Source: an uncultured Alphaproteobacteria bacterium (GTDB lineage Bacteria > Pseudomonadota > Alphaproteobacteria > Rs-D84 > CACZYB01). From it: 32,000 nt of DNA. Shown here piece after piece: positions 1-6,791 of this stretch; within the stretch, counting starts at the first letter, position 1; each line of letters starts with the position of its first letter. The stretch spans positions 1-32,000 of the forward strand of contig CAKQHZ010000004.1 of assembly GCA_934246625.1 (NCBI GenBank), written 5' to 3'. Below the pieces are notes generated by a model. That model ran no database searches and had not been told where the DNA came from. It saw only the letters and a list, made by a program, of their open reading frames with translations. Both the position numbers and the translations under genes were made by a program.

Positions 1-192
1 TCGTCTAGATTTAATATGTATTCATATTATGAATAATATCCCAAAATGTCAATAAATTTATGCACTTATATCCTCCCTCTTTACCTCCCCTCTATATATC
101 ATCTAAACCATCCTTTTTGTAGAGCTCAACTACAGAAATCTTCAAGAGGGATAGTATTAACTTTAACTTTAAAAAAGAAAAAGGAAATAAAT

Positions 193-648
193 ATGGTAAA
201 TTACATAAAAAATAACTTATCAAAAGATGAACAAATTTTGTTATCTTCAAAGTTCACATTACGATTTTATATACGTTTTGTTATAATTTTTTTATTTTTT
301 GAGTTGATTTTGTTTGTAAAAGATAGAAATGTTGCGTTGAAAGTCTTCTTTATCTTTTTATGTTTTGCATTATATACATATTTAAATACTAAATTTATTG
401 AAATGGCTATTACAAATAAGAGAATTATTCTTAAAAAAGGCATTATTTCAACATTAACAGAAGAAATTAGGATAGAAAAGTGTGAAAGTGTTAAACTTGA
501 TAAGGGAATATTTGGTGTATTTTTTGATTATGGGAGTATAATTTTTTCAGGAACGGAAAATTCAAAAATAGAATGGAAAGGAGTTTCAAATCCTGAGGGG
601 CTTAGAAAACAGATAGAAGATATTTTTGATATTTATCAAAAAAAATAA
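193..648 (+). CDS. small membrane protein with bacterial PH-like (bPH_2 / YdbS-YdbT type) domain
   Basis: Part of ORF 46..648. I moved the start to ATG 193 because AAGGAA (181-186) lies 6 nt upstream and the first 49 codons look non-coding. Two hydrophobic helices (FYIRFVIIFLFFELILF, VFFIFLCFALYTYL) are followed by ITNKRIILKKGIISTLTEEIRIEKCESVKLDKGIFGVFFDYGSIIF, a pattern I associate with bPH_2 proteins. Family call is from memory, not a search. Confidence 0.5.
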   Translation: MVNYIKNNLSKDEQILLSSKFTLRFYIRFVIIFLFFELILFVKDRNVALKVFFIFLCFALYTYLNTKFIEMAITNKRIILKKGIISTLTEEIRIEKCESVKLDKGIFGVFFDYGSIIFSGTENSKIEWKGVSNPEGLRKQIEDIFDIYQKK

Positions 649-710
649 TAATTTGATTTTGTCTTTTTTATGCAAATATGATATATAATTATTATTAACG
701 GCCAACTAAA

Positions 711-1133
711 ATGAAATTATTTACTATTGGATATAGTGGAAAAAGTGAAGCAAAGTTTTTTGAAATTTTGCGGGAGGCTGGCGTATCAAAAATTATTGAT
801 GTGCGAAGATTTAGGACTTCTAAATTTGTGTCATTTGCATCTGAGATAAACCTACAAAAAAAATGCAAATACAAATATGTTGTTATGGAACAGGTCGCTC
901 CATTATCCAAACTTTTAAGTGATTGGCAAAAGGGTGAAATTGCGTGGAGCTATTACGAACGAGAATACAAAAAATACTTGTCTGAAATTCATGCTGAAAA
1001 AATTTTTTCAAAAGATATTTTGGATAATGCTTGCCTGCTTTGTATGGAGGGAGAAGCCTTCCAATGCCACCGTCGACTTTTGGCTGAATATTTGAGTGAA
1101 AAGTTTAATGATGTTGAAGTTGTGCATTTGTAA
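711..1133 (+). CDS. DUF488 family protein
   Basis: 140 aa. The N-terminus MKLFTIGYSGKS..FFEILREAGVSKIIDVR and the C-terminus LLCMEGEAFQCHRRLLAEYL match the conserved ends of DUF488 proteins. Confidence 0.6.
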   Translation: MKLFTIGYSGKSEAKFFEILREAGVSKIIDVRRFRTSKFVSFASEINLQKKCKYKYVVMEQVAPLSKLLSDWQKGEIAWSYYEREYKKYLSEIHAEKIFSKDILDNACLLCMEGEAFQCHRRLLAEYLSEKFNDVEVVHL

Positions 1134-1169
1134 TAATTCAATTATCTTTGTTATTGTGTGGGTTAACCT

Positions 1170-1196
1170 CCACAAGAGGAGTATATCCTCTTGTGG
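1170..1196. terminator. perfect 11-bp stem hairpin between convergent genes (possible bidirectional terminator, no clear U-tract)
   Basis: ccacaagagga (1170-1180), loop gtata (1181-1185), tcctcttgtgg (1186-1196). It sits between the DUF488 stop (1133) and the HTH gene stop (1226). Confidence 0.4.
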
Positions 1197-1225
1197 TAAT
1201 TCTACATAATTGGTTCTTTCTATTC

Positions 1226-1459
1226 CTACCCCTCTAAATACTTAGAGAATTGCTCCCAGGAAAGACCAGTCGCCCTCATAACCTTACAAATACTTTCCGT
1301 AGATGGCCATCTGAACTTGCCACTAGGATAAAACCTCTTACTCTTATTAAATGCTGTAGCATCAAGACCTGCCTTTTTAGCCAAAGCAGAAACAGAAATA
1401 CCGTTTATGTATGCAATCTTGTCAATAGTCCCCCAGATTTTAGAATGTTCTGTATCCAT
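1226..1459 (-). CDS. small helix-turn-helix (XRE/cI-like) transcriptional regulator
   Basis: Part of ORF 1226..1507. I placed the start at ATG 1459 because AAAGGAG lies just upstream on the minus strand. GISVSALAKKAGLDATAFNKSKR...WPSTESICKVM resembles the N-terminal DNA-binding domain of phage-repressor-like regulators common in Alphaproteobacteria. Confidence 0.65.
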   Translation of the reverse strand: MDTEHSKIWGTIDKIAYINGISVSALAKKAGLDATAFNKSKRFYPSGKFRWPSTESICKVMRATGLSWEQFSKYLEG

Positions 1460-1519
1460 AACACAACTCCTTTGATTATAACTCTCTTTTACGACAATCT
1501 CATACAATGCATATTACAA

Positions 1520-1548
1520 CTTATACTAGAAAATAAGAAGAAATGCAA
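1520..1548 (-). promoter_or_regulatory. candidate sigma70-type promoter for the HTH gene
   Basis: On the minus strand: TTGCAT (1548-1543), 17-nt spacer, TATAAG (1525-1520). Confidence 0.3.
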
Positions 1549-1578
1549 GAGGAAGATATTCTTATCGTGGGGGATAAG

Positions 1579-1605
1579 AAAAAAGAGCAGGGCAAACCAT
1601 ACTCT
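1579..1605 (-). terminator. intrinsic terminator of the predicted tracrRNA
   Basis: Minus strand reads AGAGTATGG-TTTG-CCCTGCTCT, a 9-bp stem with one mismatch and one G-U pair, then TTTTT (plus-strand A-run 1579-1583). On the plus strand the same hairpin has no following T-tract. Confidence 0.55.
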
Positions 1606-1680
1606 TTAAAATTGTGAATTTTTCATCTTATTGACTACTAGACATTTAATTCCAATACAAATAGTTATCAATAAATTCAC
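1579..1680 (-). ncRNA. tracrRNA: predicted tracrRNA (anti-repeat 1635-1657, ends approximate)
   Basis: Plus-strand 1635-1657 (ctactagacatttaattccaata) is identical to 23 nt of the reverse complement of the CRISPR repeat. ttg (1631-1633) extends the match across a 1-nt bulge (A1634). On the minus strand it has a consensus-like promoter upstream and a hairpin plus U-tract terminator downstream. Confidence 0.7.
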
Positions 1681-1686
1681 ATTTTT

Positions 1687-1716
1687 ATTATAATATTAAA
1701 TACTTGCATTTGTCAA
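1687..1716 (-). promoter_or_regulatory. candidate tracrRNA promoter
   Basis: On the minus strand: TTGACA (1716-1711), 18-nt spacer, TATAAT (1692-1687). The predicted start is near 1680. Confidence 0.5.
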
Positions 1717-1733
1717 TATTTTTATTTTATAAT
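1704..1733 (+). promoter_or_regulatory. candidate cas9 operon promoter
   Basis: TTGCAT (1704-1709), 18-nt spacer, TATAAT (1728-1733). AAGGA lies upstream of ATG 1763. Its -35 region lies back-to-back with the -35 of the tracrRNA promoter. Confidence 0.45.
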
Positions 1734-1762
1734 ATCCTTATATTAAATAAAGGAATTTTATT

Positions 1763-4700
1763 ATGGCTTATAAATTTGCATTTGATTTAGGATCTAGTTC
1801 TTGTGGTTGGGCTGTTGTTGAAGTTGATGAAAATCAAAATGTTTTATGTTTGAAAGATATGGGAGTACGTATTTTTCCAGATGGTAGAAATGATAAGAAT
1901 CCAGAATCTCTTTGTGTAAATAGAAGGAATAAAAGAGAATTAAGGCGAAGGTTTGATAGAATCCTTTTGAGAAAGAAAAGATTATTAGGTATTTTGAAAT
2001 CTAATAATATGGCAGATTTTCATTTAGATAATAATAAAAATTCTGAAGATTTTATACAAAATAATCCATATTATTTGAGAGCAAAGGCAGTTTATGAAAA
2101 AGTTTCTTTGAGTGAGTTAGGACATATATTTTTTAATCTTTGCCAAAGAAGAGGTTTTAAAAGTAATAGAAAAGAAATTAAACAAGATAAAAAAAATGAT
2201 GAAGGTTTACAAAGTGCAATAAAACGATTAAGTTTACTTTTATCTAATAAAACTTTAGGGGAATATCTTTATGAAACATATTGTGATTATTGCAATAATA
2301 AAGATGAAAAAAATAATGTAGATAAAATAAGATTTTCAGAACAATTTGATAAAAATAAAAAACTTAAAAATGATGCTTTGTATCCAACAAGGGAAATGTA
2401 TGAATCTGAATTTGAAAAAATTTGGGATGTTCAATCTAGGTTTTATCCATCTGTTTTAAAAGATGATTTAAAAAAAGAACTCTATGATGCAATTTTTTAT
2501 CAGAGAAATTTGCATCCTCAAGAAAGAGGAAAATGTATTTTTGAATCAGGTGAGTATAGAATATATAAGGCACATCCTTTATTTCAAAAATTTAGAATTC
2601 TACAGACAATAAATCAATTAAAAGTTATTGATAATAGTGGTAAATTAAAGCCTTTTGAACAAAGGGATAAATTAAAAAATATTTTATTTAATTCTTTTGA
2701 TAAAGCAAATAAAAAAGGTGAAATAACTTGGGGAAATTTGAAAAAATTATTAGGGGTTGATAAGTTATTTCATTTTAATCTTGAAACAGAAAAACGAATG
2801 TCTTTGTCTGTGGATACTACAGCTTTTATTCTTTCAAAAGAGGATTATTTTGGTGATAAATGGTTTGAATTGTCTGATATAGAAAAATCAGAAATTGTTG
2901 ATGATTTATTAAGTGATAAGAGTGATGAAGATGTTAAATTAAGTTTATTAAAATATAATTTATCAAATTTGCAAATTGATAATATTTTAACAGCACCGTT
3001 AGAAGATAATGTTGGTTCACTTTCTTTGAAGGCAATTTTGAAACTTATCCCTTTGTTAGAAAAAGGGTATTTATATAATGATGCTTGTAGAGAAATATAC
3101 AAAACACATTCTGATTTATATAGTGAAGAAAAAATGGAAAAGTTGCCTTATTATGGTCAAATATTAAGAACATCATGTATATCTGTTAAAGAAGGTGATG
3201 GTAGTTTGGATGAACAAAAATATGGTAGAATTACTAATGTAACTGTTCATATTGCACTTAATCAACTTAGACAAGTTGTAAATAGTTTAATTGAAAAATA
3301 TGGTAAACCAAATTTTATATCTATTGAAGTAGCAAGAGATTTGAAGGCAGGAACAAAACAACGTAAAGAAATTATGCAAAGACAAAAAGAGAATGAAAAG
3401 TATAATAATACTATAGTTGATTTCTTAAATGAACATAATTTTAAGGTGAATAGAGAAAATATTCAAAAATATAAATTATGGAAAGAGTTATCTGATAATC
3501 CCACTGATCGATGTTGTGTATATACAGGTAAGCCAATAAGTGAAACGGATTTATTTTCTCCTAATGTTCAAATAGAACATATACTTCCATTTTCAAGGAC
3601 TTTGGATGATAGTATGGCAAATAAAACTTTGTCTTATAGTGATGCAAATTATTATAAAAAGGAGAGAACTCCTTTTGAAGCATTTGCAAATAGTAAAGAT
3701 AGTCGATTTGTTTGGCATGATATTGTTGATAGAGCTCTTAAACTTCCTGCTAATAAGTCTTGGCGTTTTGAAGAAAATGCAATGGATAAATTTAAAAAAG
3801 ATAATGATTTTATTGCAAGAGTTTTGAATGATACAAGGTATATGTCTAGGATTGCTGTATTATATTTAAAGTGTTTATTTGATAAAGAACATAAGTCAAA
3901 TGTTTTTGGGCTTCCTGGTTCAATGACAAGTTTGTTACGTGAGGCATGGGGATTGAATGTACTTAAAGATAAAAGAAATGACGATACTTATAGAGCTTTG
4001 CATATCCATCATGCAATTGATGCTTTTGTTATTGCCTGTATGACAAGAAGTCAAATGCAAATTTTGGCAAAAAATGCTGATAAAATAGAAAAAGAGGCAA
4101 TAGATGCTTCTGGACAAATAAATTATTCAGATCAAAAGGAATGGAGAAAAAAACTTGTTGGTGATAAAAAAGATCCTATTGATAATTTTGATAGAGATGG
4201 ATTTTTTAGAAAATGTGAAAATATAGTTGTTTCCTATAAATCAAAACTGAAGAATCCTAAAAATACAAAGAATACTGTTGGTGCTTTGCATGAAGATACA
4301 GCTTATAATTTATTGGATTTTAAAAGAAATAAAAAAGGAGAATTAACTTCACAAACAAAAGCAATTTTTGAGTGTAGAGTTCTTATTTCTGATTTAAAGG
4401 AAAAAGATTTAGTTAATGTTCATGATAGTTATGCTGAAAAGTTAGTTAGAAATAATGATCAAAATCTTTTAGGTGAATTTTTAGAGTATTGTAAAGCTTG
4501 TGGTAAGAAAAAAATAAGAGTTAAAAAAGAAGTTGATTTTTCTAATTATGTGCCAGTGTTTAGATCAAAGCAAGAAAGAGACGCTTATCATCTTGCTTAT
4601 GAAAATTGGTATAAAGAAACTGGCAAGGGTAATAAGGTAAAAGAAAAAGCTCTTATGAAAGTTCTTTGTGATGAAGCCAAAAAAGCATATAAATGGTATG

Positions 4701-5122
4701 TAAGTGGTAATAATTTTTGTGCTGATATATATCAAATAGATCCTAATGATAAAGTTTTTGTAAAAGAACGTGGACAATATAATGTTGAAATAATTTCGAA
4801 TTATATGGCTATGTTGAATAAAGGAGAACCTTTGTGGAAAAAGAAATATCCAAAAGCTCGTCGTATAATAAGATTGAAACAAGATGATCAAATTATGTTG
4901 GAATTTGATGGATGTAAATATATTTATAGGGTTAGAGGTTTTGGTTTAAATAAACAATTTTACTTAAGACATAATAAAGATACAAAAGATACGAATCGTA
5001 GTCTTAGCCCTTATATTAATGATCTCATAAAAATGAAGATAAGAAAAATTTATGTTTCACCAATAGGTGATGTTATTGATAATGGTTTTGATACAAAATG
5101 GAGTAATAAAGATGATAAATAA
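1763..5122 (+). CDS. cas9: CRISPR-associated endonuclease Cas9, type II-C-like (1119 aa)
   Basis: RuvC-I FDLGSSSCGWAV (Asp8). Arg-rich bridge helix RRNKRELRRRFDRILLRKKRL. RuvC-II ISIEVARDL (Glu522). HNH QIEHILPFSRTLDDSMANKTL (His606). RuvC-III HIHHAIDAF (His750, Asp753). It is followed directly by cas1, cas2 and the array. Confidence 0.97.
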   Translation: MAYKFAFDLGSSSCGWAVVEVDENQNVLCLKDMGVRIFPDGRNDKNPESLCVNRRNKRELRRRFDRILLRKKRLLGILKSNNMADFHLDNNKNSEDFIQNNPYYLRAKAVYEKVSLSELGHIFFNLCQRRGFKSNRKEIKQDKKNDEGLQSAIKRLSLLLSNKTLGEYLYETYCDYCNNKDEKNNVDKIRFSEQFDKNKKLKNDALYPTREMYESEFEKIWDVQSRFYPSVLKDDLKKELYDAIFYQRNLHPQERGKCIFESGEYRIYKAHPLFQKFRILQTINQLKVIDNSGKLKPFEQRDKLKNILFNSFDKANKKGEITWGNLKKLLGVDKLFHFNLETEKRMSLSVDTTAFILSKEDYFGDKWFELSDIEKSEIVDDLLSDKSDEDVKLSLLKYNLSNLQIDNILTAPLEDNVGSLSLKAILKLIPLLEKGYLYNDACREIYKTHSDLYSEEKMEKLPYYGQILRTSCISVKEGDGSLDEQKYGRITNVTVHIALNQLRQVVNSLIEKYGKPNFISIEVARDLKAGTKQRKEIMQRQKENEKYNNTIVDFLNEHNFKVNRENIQKYKLWKELSDNPTDRCCVYTGKPISETDLFSPNVQIEHILPFSRTLDDSMANKTLSYSDANYYKKERTPFEAFANSKDSRFVWHDIVDRALKLPANKSWRFEENAMDKFKKDNDFIARVLNDTRYMSRIAVLYLKCLFDKEHKSNVFGLPGSMTSLLREAWGLNVLKDKRNDDTYRALHIHHAIDAFVIACMTRSQMQILAKNADKIEKEAIDASGQINYSDQKEWRKKLVGDKKDPIDNFDRDGFFRKCENIVVSYKSKLKNPKNTKNTVGALHEDTAYNLLDFKRNKKGELTSQTKAIFECRVLISDLKEKDLVNVHDSYAEKLVRNNDQNLLGEFLEYCKACGKKKIRVKKEVDFSNYVPVFRSKQERDAYHLAYENWYKETGKGNKVKEKALMKVLCDEAKKAYKWYVSGNNFCADIYQIDPNDKVFVKERGQYNVEIISNYMAMLNKGEPLWKKKYPKARRIIRLKQDDQIMLEFDGCKYIYRVRGFGLNKQFYLRHNKDTKDTNRSLSPYINDLIKMKIRKIYVSPIGDVIDNGFDTKWSNKDDK

Positions 5123-6011
5123 TATAATTGAAATTTCGACTGATAATAAAGAGTTATCGTCATATAAAGGATTTTTGAGAATAAAGGAAAGAGGAGAGGT
5201 TGTTAAAGACCTCTCTTTTGATTCTATACATGCTCTTATTATAACAGGTAAAGCAGTTGTTTATACAAATAATTTATTACAAAGTTTGTGTGAATATGGA
5301 ATTCCTCTTATTATTTGTGGAAATAATTTTTTACCTTGTGGTATTTTGACATCTTTTGTTGGTCAACGACAACAAACAAAAATTCAACAAATACAAATTG
5401 ATACTTCTAAACCTTTGCAGAAACAATTATGGGCAGAGATTGTTAAAGAAAAAATTAGAAATCAATCAAGAGTATTAGAATTATTGGGGAAAGAAAATAA
5501 ATTAAGAAATCTTCATAATGAAGTTTTATCTGGAGATACTTCTAATGTAGAAGCTAATGCTGCAAGATTATATTTCCCGGCTTTATTTGGTTGCAATTTT
5601 ATTAGAAATACTGATAAAAATGGGATAAATAGTTTTCTTAATTATGGATATGCTATAATTAGAGCTTGTGTTGCAAGATTTGTTATTTCTGCTGGATTAA
5701 ATCCTTCATTTGGTTTGCAACATCATAATAAATTAAATCCATTTTGCTTAGTTGATGATTTAATGGAAATTTACAGACCATTAGTTGATGTAAAAGTATA
5801 TCAAATATTTGATGGATTAGACGATGAAAAAAAAGAACTTTTACCAGAGTATAAACAAATTTTAGCCAATGTTTTGCATATAGAAATTTATAATGGAGAT
5901 GGATTTTCTGAGCTTGTTAATATTATTCAAAATGATATATGGGCTTTTGTATCTTCTTTAAAGGGAAAGAAAGTAAAGTTTGAGTTTAACAAATATATTA
6001 TAAGGAAATAA
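5112..6011 (+). CDS. cas1: CRISPR-associated endonuclease Cas1 (type II)
   Basis: ORF 5067..6011. I placed the start at ATG 5112 (MINNIIEIS...), with GGAG at 5099-5102, overlapping the cas9 stop by 11 nt. LIICGNNFLPCG, QLWAEIVKEKIRNQ and NSFLNYGYAIIRA align by eye with type II Cas1 such as the Neisseria protein. Confidence 0.93.
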   Translation: MINNIIEISTDNKELSSYKGFLRIKERGEVVKDLSFDSIHALIITGKAVVYTNNLLQSLCEYGIPLIICGNNFLPCGILTSFVGQRQQTKIQQIQIDTSKPLQKQLWAEIVKEKIRNQSRVLELLGKENKLRNLHNEVLSGDTSNVEANAARLYFPALFGCNFIRNTDKNGINSFLNYGYAIIRACVARFVISAGLNPSFGLQHHNKLNPFCLVDDLMEIYRPLVDVKVYQIFDGLDDEKKELLPEYKQILANVLHIEIYNGDGFSELVNIIQNDIWAFVSSLKGKKVKFEFNKYIIRK

Positions 6012-6013
6012 TT

Positions 6014-6364
6014 ATGGATGATAATCAATATTTTAAAACAAAAGGATTAAAATATATGTGGATGATGATAATGTTTGATTTGCCTACTGATACAGCAGAA
6101 GAAAGGCATAAAGCAACAAAATTTAGAAATTTTTTGTTGGATAGTGGATTTGAAATGGCTCAATATTCTGTATATATGCGTTTTACAGGGACAAGAGAGA
6201 ATTCACAAAAATATATAAAAATGGTGAAAGATAATAATCCTTGTACAGGGGATGTATGTATTTTATTTTTTACGGATTATCAATTTGGAGAAATTCAGCA
6301 TTTAAGTAAGTTTGATAGACCTAAAAAATTAGCTGAGCAACCTGCTCAATATCAATTATTTTAA
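6014..6364 (+). CDS. cas2: CRISPR-associated endoribonuclease Cas2
   Basis: 116 aa, with AAGGA 7 nt upstream of the ATG. MIMFDLPTDTAEERHKATKFRNFLLDSGFEMAQYSVYMRF is the typical Cas2 beta-alpha-beta core. Its position directly after cas1 fits. Confidence 0.9.
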   Translation: MDDNQYFKTKGLKYMWMMIMFDLPTDTAEERHKATKFRNFLLDSGFEMAQYSVYMRFTGTRENSQKYIKMVKDNNPCTGDVCILFFTDYQFGEIQHLSKFDRPKKLAEQPAQYQLF

Positions 6365-6455
6365 CGAATCGGTTTAATTTTACGATTAAAAAAATTGTAA
6401 ATTTATACATAAATCGAATCGTAAATATAGATTTTTATATTTTTGATTAGTATAT

Positions 6456-6483
6456 AAAAAGCCCATTTTTTCTGGGCTTTTTT
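6456..6483. terminator. bidirectional intrinsic terminator between cas2 and the CRISPR array
   Basis: aaaaa-gccca (6461-6465), loop ttttttc, tgggc (6473-6477), tttttt. The stem is extendable by the flanking A/T runs, so it has a U-tract in either direction. Confidence 0.6.
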
Positions 6484-6490
6484 GTGGTCT

Positions 6491-6790
6491 ATTATAACAT
6501 ATTGGAATTAAATGTCTAGTAGCAACTACCTTGCAATTTAAAACCATCAACCCCTTATTATAACATATTGGAATTAAATGTCTAGTAGCAACTTATAAGG
6601 GGTAATAAATATGCAAACAGATATTATAACATATTGGAATTAAATGTCTAGTAGCAACTTTAACATACACGATGAATTTTTCATCTGGATTATAACATAT
6701 TGGAATTAAATGTCTAGTAGCAACAAAGTATAAAGGCATTTATGGCACAACTTAATTATAACATATTGGAATTAAATGTCTAGTAGCAAC
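6491..6790 (-). CRISPR. CRISPR array of 5 identical 36-nt repeats and 4 spacers of 30 nt, predicted to be transcribed on the minus strand
   Basis: Repeat attataacatattggaattaaatgtctagtagcaac occurs at 6491-6526, 6557-6592, 6623-6658, 6689-6724 and 6755-6790. Spacers are 6527-6556, 6593-6622, 6659-6688 and 6725-6754. The strand is inferred from the GTTG...TGTTATAAT orientation and the tracrRNA strand. Confidence 0.97.
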
Positions 6791-6791
6791 T

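Noticed and set aside
1-40. Weak resemblance of the window start (tcgtctagatttaatatgtattcat) to the reverse complement of the CRISPR repeat (ctagacatttaattccaatatgttat), and an 8-bp palindrome tattcata-t-tatgaata at 19-35.
   Set aside because: The repeat resemblance needs two gaps and rests on AT-rich hexamers plus ctaga, which is not distinguishable from chance. AT-rich palindromes are frequent in this composition. The region is also cut by the window edge.
46-192. N-terminal 49 codons of ORF 46..648 (MSINLCTYILPLYLPS...).
   Set aside because: They have no RBS and odd composition from a CT-rich tract. A good AAGGAA plus ATG at 193 precedes the recognisable domain, so I treat 46-192 as untranslated.
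1250-1609. 119-aa plus-strand ORF overlapping the HTH gene and the tracrRNA terminator region.
   Set aside because: It is antisense to a gene with a clear HTH motif and RBS, has no RBS of its own, and its sequence is low-information. Likely a shadow ORF.
2845-4891. Short ORFs inside cas9 (2845..3102 -, 3606..3827 +, 3935..4117 -, 4565..4891 -).
   Set aside because: All lie within the well-supported cas9 frame, have I/F/L/K-rich compositions typical of off-frame AT-rich sequence, and lack RBS motifs.
5067-5111. Upstream ATG codons extending cas1 by 15 codons (MMLLIMVLIQNGVIK).
   Set aside because: The extension lies inside the cas9 C-terminus. Alignment by eye with other type II Cas1 N-termini and the GGAG at 5099-5102 favour ATG 5112.
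6549-6602. 8-nt complementarity between the end of spacer 1 plus the start of repeat 2 (ccccttat) and the start of spacer 2 (ataagggg).
   Set aside because: The flanking bases of the two spacers do not match, so they are not overlapping captures of one protospacer. A short G/C tetramer coincidence is the simpler explanation.
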